This document shows, piece after piece, positions 23,751 through 35,146 of a DNA stretch of 64,000 nucleotides. This DNA comes from Psammoneis japonica (Eukaryota). Each line of letters starts with the position of its first letter. The first letter of the stretch is position 1. Below the pieces are notes generated by a model that searched no databases, had not been told where the DNA came from, and saw only the letters and a program-made list of their open reading frames with translations. The translations under genes were made by a program, and so were the position numbers. The DNA is taken from assembly GCA_008632985.1 (NCBI GenBank), contig QPGO01000011.1, positions 496,001 to 560,000 of the forward strand, given 5' to 3'.

Positions 23751-26700
23751 TTGTTCAGATTCATCCTTCACTTGGAAAAACACTGCTTCCATGGTCGTTT
23801 TCTGCTTCTAAATTGAGTCTCATGATGTGAGAGTTGCTCACAGTGGCAGACCTGGTCCTTCCTGCCTCAGCTCTTAATTTTTGAGCAGCCGGCATTGACC
23901 CTGTGACTGCTGTGACTGGGTGGCAACTTCAGGGGGAGGGGTTGGAAGATGAGGAAAGGAGGAAGAAGCACCACACCAAATCTGCTCAGCTGCTGCCTGC
24001 AGTGACAAGAAGGAGGGTGAGGACATCAACACAGAGACAGAAAAAGCAGTGCACAAGGGCTGCACTGAGACAAAGAGACACTGCCACCTCTGCAAGAGCC
24101 AAGTGTGTGCAAACTGAGTCAGTGTGAAAAGAAAATTTCTTCCAAAGCAAAGGAGCTTAGAGAGTGCATGTGTTGCGAAGGGGCATTTCCCCAAAAAGGG
24201 AAAGGAGAGTGAGTTGCAACATTGTTTGGGGCAAACAGTTGGTGGAAACAGCAGCTTTGAAGTGGAGCACAACTGGACAGGGATGGCCACACTTTCTACC
24301 ACCTTTGAGCCTCTGTGTGGTGTGGCAACTGTGTGCTCCATGTGATGCCCTCCTCTGGTGTCTACAGAGGCTCTTGCAATTTCAAAGTGCAGCACATGAT
24401 TTGTTTGCACCAACCAAAAAGTTGAGAGACTCCAACTCTTCTGCCCCATGGCAAAGCCATTGTGCCATTGCTTTTGATGCTAGAATTTGCACTGGTCTGT
24501 TGCACCTGTTCACGAGCCCTCCATCTTTTGCAGCCAATGAAAGCTGGACAGAAGCTCACCCAACAATTTGTCAAAACATTGCAGAAATCTTGACTTTCCA
24601 CTTTGAGATCAAAAGAGATCCCTCAGACAAACCCAGCAACCAATCTCCCTGACAGCTGCAAATCACTTTTGAAGACAAAAGAGCAACACTTGCCATCATC
24701 ATGCTTCAATTGTGGGGCCTGATGACATTCTTTTTGTTTGCAATTGGCTGCAAACAAGCACATTTTTTGTGCTCAAAAGTGCACACCCAGAAAAGGAACC
24801 AATGCTCACATGGCTGGTGTGGTGCACCTTTCAACATGTGTGCAACTGGCTGAGAAGCAGGAAGATGCACAATGCCAAAACATGAGCAAGTGGAAGTGCC
24901 ATGTGAGACAGCTGATTGGTTGGCCCATGGGGTTGGCCAGAGTGGGAAACTGCGACACTTTGTTTGCAAGGTGCGAGCCATTTCAATTGCCAGCCCATCA
25001 ACCACACATGCAGCCCTGGCATCAGACACAATTTTGCTGCAGCTGCAAAACGGCAATCCCCTGGCTTGTCATGTGAGCTCTGCAAGTCCTTGACAAGGAA
25101 AAGCTTTTGGTGAGCTCTGTTGTGCATGGCAAACAATTGTGCGCCATTTTGCTCTTCTTTTCCATGCTCATTGGCGATGATGCATCAGCAGAAATGGCTC
25201 ATCACCACAGCCTGGTGAGCACTGCTGTTGTCAATCTGCACAAGGGTGTGTGCAGTCCAGCAATGGCAGCAAGGTTTTTGACACTTGCTTGAGAATTGCA
25301 GGCAACAGCTCACACTGGCCAAACTGACACATGGCAACATTGTTCATTTTGTGCATCTGACAAGTGGACAAGAACAACAGCACGCAGCAGTTTTTTTTCA
25401 TGAGCACACATTGTCATGTCTTCACAACAGTGCTGCAAAAAACCAGTGCTGCCACAGACCATGGCTGCTTGGGCAGTGTGTGCAACATTGCAAGAGACTT
25501 TTGCAGACACTGTCACATTGCACTTTGGCAAACAAGCATTCCATCAGCTGCTGTCAGCTCTCTGATTGAGAGACACACAGCATGAGTGATGGCAACACAT
25601 GCCAAGAACAGTCTGAACTTGGTTGGAATGCCTGGCACTGGTGTTCCTCTTCCTCTTCCTGTGACTTTTCATTGGACCCAGCCTCGTTGCCATCCAGCTG
25701 ATCATCTGGCACTTGATGCTCAAGATCATTTGCATCTTGTTGGTGTCATGATCCACTCCTGCATGCCAAAGAAGTCAAAGGAACACATCAATCTTTGGTC
25801 TTCAGCTTGGGACCATTCCTCTTGTTGTGCTTGGCTGTTGCATTGACAGCAGATGCTGCAATCACTGTCAGTGGGACAGGAATGGCAGAGACCCTGCTGC
25901 CCATGAGAACTTGTGTGGTGGCAAAGTGAAAAAAACATGTGTCACAACATTGAGAGGCCTGAGGCAAACAGCATCAACCATGCACTGTGCAGGTGTGTCA
26001 GAAGGATTTGGCTCATCACAGGCTTGGATGTGCTGGCCAAATGAAGGAAGAGACAATGACCACACTTCTTTTGAGATCTTGTGTTTGGCTTGCAGTCATG
26101 TCCAAAGCAATGGGCAGCTGGATCTCAAACTGAAGACCAGCTCAGCTTCACTGTTCAAAACTTTTCAGTTCAGTTTGAGCATCCAACACTGGGTGCAACT
26201 TGGGTGTGGCCAAAGCCTTGTGGATTGGCCAAGAATGGAAAGCTCATGACAGCACAAATGCAAAAATCTAAAGAGTGAATGAAAGCAACTGCAGCGTTCT
26301 CTGAAGGAAACAGCACCACACTTTTGCCAGTTCAAACCACACAGACTTGCCATGCACTCATGCTCAGCCCTTGTTTCTTGCAAAGCAGGTTCCCCCAAGA
26401 CCATTTTCCCAGTTCAATTGATCTTTGGCTGTTCACTGGCTTCCTGAGAACTCTTTTCAAGCAGCTTGTGAAATTCTTTCATGAGTTGACATCCCTTCTG
26501 TGTGAAATTGATGAACTGATGATTCACTCTGGGCTTTGAATCAGGAAAGGAATCCTGCCTTTTGTGCTTGGCAACAAGGCCAATGCAAACACCAGCTTCC
26601 AATTCCAAGAGGCCATGCTTCTTTTACAGATCAAGCTCCCAAAACAAAACCAAAATTCCACATTTAAAATGCTCCTGCACTTCCACCCTGCAACTCCGGC

Positions 26701-26979
26701 AACACGCCAACCCACACCCCCAGCACACTGACAGTGCGGCAGGAGCATGTGGTGATTGGCCAGAATCGGCATCATCCAAGGGTGATGCCACACCAAAATG
26801 ACTTGCAATGGTTCTTGCACCTCTGGCAGCAAACTGCACTGCTTCTCCAATGCTTGATTTGAACATTGGCCTGACCATGGCCAGCCAATTGCAGAGAGAC
26901 AATGAGTTGAATGTGTCAAATGTTCTTCAACTGAATCCAATGGATGTGCCCTGTCTCACCAGATTGCAACATGTGGCTT

Positions 26980-29100
26980 TCACCTCTGCTTTGCTCAGTG
27001 CTGCTGGGAGGACTTCCTTGTTTCCACATCGTGACCATGGACCGCATCATTGTGTTCATCCCACAGCTCCCACCACTGCTCCCAAATGCAATTGCCAATT
27101 GCAGCCACCTTGTCCAGTCTCTCATCTTGTTCAGAGAGGTTCTGATGGTGAGCACCACTTGCCAAAAGATGCAAAGTTTGTGTCATGTTCCACACTTTGG
27201 AGAAGTGTTTGTCAAACAACTGACTCCATCCAATTTGCTCCTGGGACTGGAAAACTGTCACCACACTGTGACGCAGGTCCTCAGAACAAAGCAACTCCTC
27301 CCAGAACCATGCCTCTGCGGCTGAAGGAATCAAATCGCACAAGGACGGGCATGCATGGTTGAATGATGTCACACTTCTTACACAGACCTTGTGGAAATTT
27401 TCGATGCCAAGCTTCACTGTGCAGACAATGGAGAATGTGGTCTCTGTCTTTCATTGGATCTTGACAGTGTGCACAACAATCTGGGTGGGTGGGGTTGTGT
27501 TGGTGGATGACTTTGTTTGTTGGGAGAAGTTCCTGCACCAGCTTGACCACACTGACTTTCTGGCAGATGTTCCAAGACATTGGTTTGGCGCGCATCTCCC
27601 AGTCAATCGATTTGCGGGTTTTGTTGGACCAACCACACTTCTCTTTCATGCATCATGTTGGATGACTGGCTTGCACTTGGCCAAGATTGTGGCACCCTGT
27701 GCAATTAGATTGGCACTGCAATGGGGCATGCAAGGTGCAAAAGAGCGTTGCTGGAGAAAAATGACCCTCGCATTGTCCTGCCAATCTGTTGGCTTTGATG
27801 TTCAACTGAGCTGCCAAAGACAAGGAGTCCATGGGCATTGTGATGTCTTGGTGTCCCTTGACCCAGTGGACTGAGACTTTGGCACCATGCTGCTCATTGC
27901 AAGACATTTTGAAGATTTGTCGCATGGAATGAAAATTTGATGAAGACATCCCAATCTGCGGAAAGAGCATTGGCGATGTCATGTTGCTGATGACAGTCCC
28001 TGGCACCTTGAATTGCCTCATCATCTGTCAGAAAAGGGGAAGCCTGGAAATCAGAGACATTGTGCACAAGTGAGGAACTGTCACAGTGCACAATGTCCGC
28101 ACCTTTGGCGAGCATTTTGCAACAATGTTTCATCAGTTGAAACAGGAAACAGAGGAAAGACAACAATCCACATGCTTCAACTCAGCAAGATGATGAATGA
28201 AAACCAAAAACCAGGTGGCACAATCCACCAATGGAGTTCCGTCAACTGCAAGTGTCCAACCAAACGTGCCCCAAAAATTGAGGACCCAATCCATCACTGC
28301 CCACTGAGGCTCGATGATGAACCAGCAGGTCTGTGACCTTGAACACAGACATGTGCAAAGTCAAAACATCAAACAACAAGGACTCTCATTTGGGGAGAGA
28401 TTGCAACATTGCCCTGAAGTCATTGGGAACTCCCAGAAGGGTGGGTGGCGGGGAAACCCGTGTGCCCAGGGAAGTCATTTGCCAACAACCAGCATGGGTG
28501 GCATGTGCCAATCATGCTGGGGATGCTGCAGGGGAAATTTTGGGGATTGTTGCCAAGGCAGCTGCTGATGCAGAGCATCTGTCAATCACTGGAAATGTCT
28601 GAAAACTGGAACTGTGCAAATGTGCAGGCAGTCTTCCAAAGGCTTGTTGGGCATGCTGCATGAGACATGCACATCTGGGGGTTCGGTGCTGCCCACTGCC
28701 CCAACAGATGGCTCATTTCCAACAAATTGACTTTGCACAAAAGGGAACATGCACTGTGCCATTGTCTCCAGGCCCTGGCAGATGGGTGGGATTGTTTGGT
28801 GGGATTCAAAGTCAAATGGCTGCTGAGAAGAGAGTGTTTGTGCCATTGACTTTAAATTGATTGCCAGATGTGCCATCTGGCAAAGCAACATCCAACAATG
28901 TCAGAACATTCAAACACAATCAACAACAATTCACCCACCAGATCTCCCAATCAGCAAATGCGTGTGACTCAAGTGCCATGTCCATGATGCATTGGTTGTC
29001 ATCCTGCTGCAAAGGCAACAACACACCAGTGTTGTTGAAGTCAACATGCACCTCAATCCTGGCCAAAAAGGAACAGAGAGACATGAATCAATGAGATGTG
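26980..29100 (-). mobile_element. Non-LTR retrotransposon (LINE with RNase H) 3' relic
   Basis: PLQQDDNQCIMD, PSARAWRQW..LGQW, RNase H VHWVKGHQD..LSLAAQLNIKANRLA, SIDW, CAHC..DRDHILHC zinc-knuckle-like motif, QEQIGWSQLF, WELWDEHNDAVHG. Confidence 0.75.
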
Positions 29101-31261
29101 GAATGAGGCAATTTGGTGTCAACATCTTGAAAAAAGTTGACTCCTGTGCCTTTTTCAAACTGAATCCATGCCACCACAATCTGGGAAAAAGCTTCTTGTG
29201 GTTGCCCAGAGCCTTGCCAATGTCAAAGAAACTGCAAAATCTGTGCCGCTCCCTGTCCCACACTCAAAGACCTGAAACCTCTGCCTCCCAATGAATGTGG
29301 ACCAAATGAAACAGATCAAGCTCCCAATTGTCACCAGCATCAACAGGGGCCCAAAGTTTCGTGTGCGTCTCATTCGGCATTGGTGCCCAGCACAAGCTTT
29401 CTCTGCATGTTTCTTCTTCTTGGTGTGTGTGTGTGCCCCCTTGTGCCTCCAGAAATCCATTCATCCCACCCTCATGATTGGCACTTTCTGTTTCAGTGCA
29501 TCATGACAAAGAATTGGGTTTGTTGTCCACAGCGGAGGCACAGAAAATTTCTAATTCCCAACTGGGCTTCCATTTGGTGGGCAATCCATGTGGCGTCATT
29601 TGCGGCTGCAAAGGCGCCATTGCTTTTGACTCTCCAGCAGGAGCATTGGTGCCATGTCCATCCGTGGGTTTGGAGAAGACACGTGATGTGACTGCAGATT
29701 GCACTGGGGGCATGGTTGTTGGCATTGATGTTGTTGGAGCTGAGGTTGCATTGCAGGATGCAGTTGGGCATGGCATTGCCATCATCATGGTCAAAATGGT
29801 CTTTGCTTCTTTGCTTCAGTGGCAGCTGCCACCAGCGGATGTGAAACTGGTCGATGCCTGGCACATGCCAAAAAGTGCCTTTTTTGCTGCATCTCTCCAC
29901 CTCTCACATTACGTTGAAAATGCCATTGTGTTGTCACTGTCACATTTGCAGACAAGAATCATCACAATGGGGTGTGCCAATGGAGCAAAGGATTGGAAGA
30001 AATGCAACAGACGACTGTCCACAGTGGCAGAAAAAGAAGCAAGGGCCAGCAAGAGATGAGGGGGGTGGGCTGCAGAGCATGCAGAGAAACATTGGAAGGA
30101 TGATGAGGAGTGAGAAAAGGAAAAAAGGAAGGCAAACTTTTTTGCCACCCAGACAAAGCACAATGAAAATGCAAAAGAAACAGAGCAGGAGCAACAACCC
30201 AAGCCAGACATCTCCATTGCAAAGAAACAAACGTTGCTGGTTGCAACAGCACAGAGATGTGCACTTGCAAACATTGGTGCAAACCTTGATGATGAAAGTG
30301 AAAAGGGCACTGATGACCAATGCAATGAAGCAGCTGAAGGCATGGAGGGAGGATGATCTTTTGTCATGAAGGATTGTTTTTCTGCCACACTCTCACATTT
30401 CACAGAAGAGGACTCGCCAGTGTTTTGGGAGAAAAACCCAAGCGGTCGGCAAGCTGAAGTTGTTGGAGGGGTTGGCCAAAATTGCAGATGAAGCACGGGA
30501 CTTGTTTGGATCCATGCATTGCACCCAGCTCACAGCATGTGCCTTTCAAAAGCAGTCACAAATGAAGCTCCCCCCCACACTTGTGAACATGCGCAAGTGG
30601 AGAATGATCTTGCTGTTGTCCTCTCTGAGCCACTTTCTGGGGGGGTCATTCCATCTCATTGTGTTTGCTGCCTTCCACCACCAATGATCCTCCGGAGGAA
30701 TGTTCTTGGCCAAGCAGGGTTCCATGTCACAAGTGTCCAAGGCAGTGTCCTCAATAAATTGTGTCCAATGTTTGCACTGCTCTTCACTCCAGAAGCCACA
30801 CTGCCCCCCTGAGACTTTAAAAGGATCTTCTTCTTCACCAGAATAAAAAGTGATTTCATTCGCTTGAGAGATCCCCCCACCGGCAGTTGGTGTGTCTGTC
30901 AACACGTGCAACTAGCTAGCTAGAGAGGAGGTAGGTTCCTACCGCAGGAAGATGCACAAAACTAAAACGTTGTCTCACAGGAGTGCTGTGCCGCAGGAGT
31001 CAGCTGATTGGCTCACAGGATTGGCCAGTGCATGCAGCTCTCACGCTCCGCACGGTGTCAGAAGCGGGTTGGGGTGTTCCTCTCCACCAGCGCATTGCCC
31101 ACTACTTGGAGAGTAGAGGGCTAGCTACTAGGAATCTGGAGGACGCAAGATGAAGTCTATTTTTTACAGAACACATTATTTCTAAAATCGGAGGAGGCCG
31201 TTCTATGAAAAGCATCCTTGAAACACCGACGAGTTTCGCTCAGACCTGTTCTTTAAACTTC

Positions 31262-32609
31262 TCAGGCATGCTCAGCTTGATTCCAGTCCCAATTGAGTTT
31301 CTTATGGTCACTGGCCGTGTAACCAAGCGACAAGAATAACTGATAAAACATGTCACGCAGACCGGCATAGTTTGGCTTTTCGTCAAACCCAAGATCCCTT
31401 GCATAAGCAAGAAAATGTCCGAATTCTCTAGGAAGCCCCTTGCAAAGCCCACTAAACACTGGAGTCTTCTGCTTACACATCATGATGCGCCGGTACTTTT
31501 CTCTCCCCTCCCCTCCAAGTCCTTGCCAGGGAAGTCTTCCGAGGAGGAAGTAAAATAAGACATAGGCAATGGACTCCAAGTCATCTCGCCTTGATTGCTG
31601 CGTGTTTAAGTGGGCATTGATGGATGCGTATCGCGGCGTTCCAGTCAGCGAGGCACTGCCTTCGGGAATGTGCTGAAGCGTCCGAGGATGGCGATATACT
31701 TTCGAAAGCCCAAAGTCAATACAATAGATCGTTGCCTCGTTCCCTCGATCGGTAACGAAATTGGCCGGCTTTATGTCACGATGAATCAAATGGCGAGAGT
31801 GCATGCTTTCGACTCGTTTCAGCATTTGATCGGCAATCATGAGCACTGTTTTGAGAGAAAACCTGCGTCCACAGCTATTGAAATGATCTTCCAGTGATGG
31901 ACCGAGAAGATCCATTATCAATAGATCATACGAATCCTGTGTGCCAAAGTAATGAACCTTGGCAAAGCCAGGAGCATCCTGAAGAGACCTGATAACTTTA
32001 TATTCATGCCGGAGTTGTGGGTTTCGGGTTCCATGTCGTTCAAACTTGACGGCAAGCTGCAAGCACGACAACAAGCACGGAAGAGGTGAGACGTGCATTC
32101 ATTATACGGCACAGGCGTTTTGTGTGCAATGGGCGTTCTGCTTACCTTCTCGCCACTCTCACTGACACATATGTAAATGTCCCCGAATGCCCCACCACCA
32201 ACACGTCTGGTGGTTTTCAGTTTTTGGTTCTAAAATAGGGCAGAACATGCAATGAGGGACTGAAACACGTGCATGGCCGTCAGGGAAGAATTGGCACAGT
32301 GAAGCTTACCGATATCATACGTTTGACAGGCTCTGGAGTCACGGCTTTGGAGTCCGAAGATTGACCAACCAGGCTCTCAGGTCCATATTCTTTTCCTGGA
32401 GGCCTGATCCTCTCGTCAGAACTCGGAGACCCTTTCCTTCGAGGAGAATGCTCGACCCGATTGCACGATCCGTCAATGGGTTGAAAACAACGATCCATCC
32501 GTGAATTGTTGTACTCGTGATGGTTGTTGTCACTCCCATAGCGGTTCCTCAGCGTATCGACTTTGGGATAAAAGCGTTCCACGTCTCTTAATGGCTTCGT
32601 GCGTTGCAT
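31262..32609 (-). CDS. Casein kinase I family kinase, copy A (introns 32309-32230, 32145-32057)
   Basis: GGGAFGDIY, AVKFE, PQLRHEY, LLGPSLED, HRDIKPANF, IDFGLSK, SLTGTPRYAS, SRRDDLES, LPWQG. Start approximate. Confidence 0.93.
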
Positions 32610-33039
32610 TGCTGTCTGTTGTTCAAGTGTTTTTTGCGGGGTTCGGGATGATCGCAGAAATGGGAAATGGCATGTTCGTGTTTCAGGTATTTGCTATCCG
32701 CGACTGAACCGATGTTGCTCGTGCGTCATGTCAGGAATCGTTAAATGAAATTGTAACCAAGACTCATGCATTTAAAGATGGCGGGAAGTATGTCAGTGTT
32801 AACTCATTATTCAGGTGTGAATATAATAGATCAATTCTTTCCGCGAATGCAACAGCAGGGAACAGGGCTATTCATGGCCTGTGACCCTGTGACCCCGACC
32901 GACCCCTTCTGTTTACTGTATTCACTGTGCTGTTTCTCTGTTGTCACGAAGACGAAACGACAGAGGCTCTCGAATCTTGTTTTAGATAATAAGAAACAGG
33001 GGAGGGCGAGAATACAGTTGAGAGTTGAGCTTTTCAACC

Positions 33040-34848
33040 ATGTCGGGGATTCTTCCTCAAGACACCGCTGTTCCTCACGATGAGAAGTACTTCACTGACA
33101 TGTTGGCAAAGATTCGCGAAGATCTGATACCCATGATACCTAGTCGTCCCGATGAAACAAAGGATCAACTCCTTCAGAGTGCTATATTGGCAGTCTGTAA
33201 GGCTCAGTCGACCTTTGATGCTTGTAAAGCCGCTCTGGACAAAGCATCAACAGACGAAGAGAAGAAAGCGGCAAGCGATGCTCTTGCTGCTGCCGAAGAG
33301 GCTCTGGCGCAAGCCTCCGAAGTGGCAGATCAAGCATCTCGCGCTATTCTACAAGACTTGAAAGATGTTCTTCTCAACAATGATGTGATAGACCCACTTT
33401 TGATGAAGTGTTCTATTCTATCCAAATCCTCCAAGCAGCTTGCAGCCTTTTGCGCACGAGGAGAAGAAGAGTGCAAATTAATTGATGACTTGCTAGCTAA
33501 TACGGATCTAATGAGAAGCATGCTTTACAGTGGAGGTGCCAAGGGGGGGAACTTTGGACAAGCACTGCAACTCTATAACTCTCTTTTGTCTTCGTTGGAC
33601 GATAAGAATGACAAGGTGTTGAACCGTCTAGCCTTGGGAACAAGCTTAGAGCTGGCAATTTCAATGAACGAGTTTGATACGGACGTCCCCGTTGATGTCG
33701 AGAAGCGGTTTAGTCACTATGAAAAGGCTTACTTCAGTGGAGAACTGGACCCAGCTTTTGCTGATCGTTCGGCTTGGGAGTGTCGCTACATTACAAACTG
33801 CGATGCTCCGAACGAACAGCTAGCTTGGGGAAGACGCATGCTACGGAACTATCGCCCTGATCTTGTACAGATGCAGGATTACAAATGGCGCTACGTTGAA
33901 ATTGTGCGAACCGACGTTCATTATTGTAAGCCAACCTGGACATCGTCACCACGCACCTATCAACAAATGATTAGCGGTGGTGGCGAATGTGGTCCACGTG
34001 CTTGGTTTGGAAGGTTTGCTCTAAAGATGTTTGGCATTCCCACTTGGGGTGTGCGTCAGCCTGGACATGCTGCCTTGGGTCACTGGACGCCAAATGACGG
34101 GTGGGTCATGTGCCTCGGTGCCGCCTGGAAGTACAGCACTTGGGAGGGACGTGAAGGCCTTGACTTTGTGCTGGAAGCTCAAGCGAGAGAGCAACAAGAT
34201 GACTACATGGGAGTCTGTCGCCTCAAGTGGGTCGCTGATGCGGTTGGGGAAGCACCCATCAATGGCAAGCTCAATCCTGAATGTTTTTGGGGATCTCTGG
34301 CTCTTCTCCAAAAGCACCATCTAGCTGCCATGACACAGTCAACATTCAGACCTCAATTGGAACTAGCGTCCTTGAATCTGTCAACCTTTCGTCAGCACCA
34401 GTCCATTGTGCATGTTGGTGATGGTACCATAATTATTCCCGCGGCTGCTTGTAGCACGCCCACGAAAGGCTCTTCTAAAGCAATTTTCATGAAGAGCTTC
34501 CTTGGTGGGATGCAGGTTCATATTCGCGACGACCAGTCACTTGGTTATACATTGACGCTAAAAGAGTCTCAAAGATATCAGCTCTCCATTCGTTTGGTAA
34601 CGGTGCATCTCAAGACGCACCCAATCCTTGTAACTGTCACGAGTTCCTCAAGTTGCAGAGACGATGGGTTTGACGACGAACTCGTCATGGTTTCCTCCAT
34701 CAATATTCCATACACTGTGGGCGAATGGAAAATGACCGACCCTATCGAAATCGAATTACAAAAGGGTAAAAATGTGATCAGTCTCTCCAGAGAAACACCC
34801 AACTTTGGTCTGACGATGAAGGACTTGATTCTGAAGCCTTCAAATTAG
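33040..34848 (+). CDS. Intronless hypothetical protein; putative Cys/His (transglutaminase-like) core and C-terminal beta-sandwich (CBM-like)
   Basis: 602-aa ORF with GGECGPRAWFG..QPGHAA. C-terminus PYTVGEWKMTDPIEIELQKGKNVISLSR. Confidence 0.75.
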   Translation: MSGILPQDTAVPHDEKYFTDMLAKIREDLIPMIPSRPDETKDQLLQSAILAVCKAQSTFDACKAALDKASTDEEKKAASDALAAAEEALAQASEVADQASRAILQDLKDVLLNNDVIDPLLMKCSILSKSSKQLAAFCARGEEECKLIDDLLANTDLMRSMLYSGGAKGGNFGQALQLYNSLLSSLDDKNDKVLNRLALGTSLELAISMNEFDTDVPVDVEKRFSHYEKAYFSGELDPAFADRSAWECRYITNCDAPNEQLAWGRRMLRNYRPDLVQMQDYKWRYVEIVRTDVHYCKPTWTSSPRTYQQMISGGGECGPRAWFGRFALKMFGIPTWGVRQPGHAALGHWTPNDGWVMCLGAAWKYSTWEGREGLDFVLEAQAREQQDDYMGVCRLKWVADAVGEAPINGKLNPECFWGSLALLQKHHLAAMTQSTFRPQLELASLNLSTFRQHQSIVHVGDGTIIIPAAACSTPTKGSSKAIFMKSFLGGMQVHIRDDQSLGYTLTLKESQRYQLSIRLVTVHLKTHPILVTVTSSSSCRDDGFDDELVMVSSINIPYTVGEWKMTDPIEIELQKGKNVISLSRETPNFGLTMKDLILKPSN

Positions 34849-35146
34849 TGATGCGTTTCTTTCATGATTAGCATCTCTCGTCTTATAAAACAACGTGTTC
34901 TCTGCGTAGCGAATGTGGTTTTCTCTAGAGAGGTGCGTGTGCTACCGAGACCATTTAAAGGGTTTAACTTTTGACAACTAGAATGTTTCCATCTACAAGT
35001 TATACATATAGGTTCTCCCGCGGAGCTCTACCCATCAAGAAGAGACATTGCCGAAAGCTGGAAACAATCAACACGTACGAATTGGAAAGGAGGGTGGCTT
35101 GATTTAAAATAACGTTGCGTCGTCCACCCACAAACTATCTGGTGAT

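Larger units (their letters stand above)
19500..30910. mobile_element. 11-kb nested TE graveyard, TpA- and CpG-depleted
   Basis: Contains MULE, Copia and LINE relics. TA almost absent until actagctagctag at 30911. Confidence 0.85.

Noticed and set aside
23900..26900. Assigning a TE family to this segment (and to 9480-11400, 13300-14900)
   Set aside because: Too degenerate; no motif I can support.
9480..30910. Numerous 60-240 aa Cys/His-rich ORFs as novel metal-binding genes
   Set aside because: They are by-products of TA/CG loss (no TAA/TAG, excess TGY/CAY), overlap in all frames and map to TE relics.
1..30910. Classical fungal RIP or CpG methylation alone as the explanation
   Set aside because: RIP (CpA->TpA) creates TA, and CpG decay cannot remove TA or turn Tyr into Cys/His.
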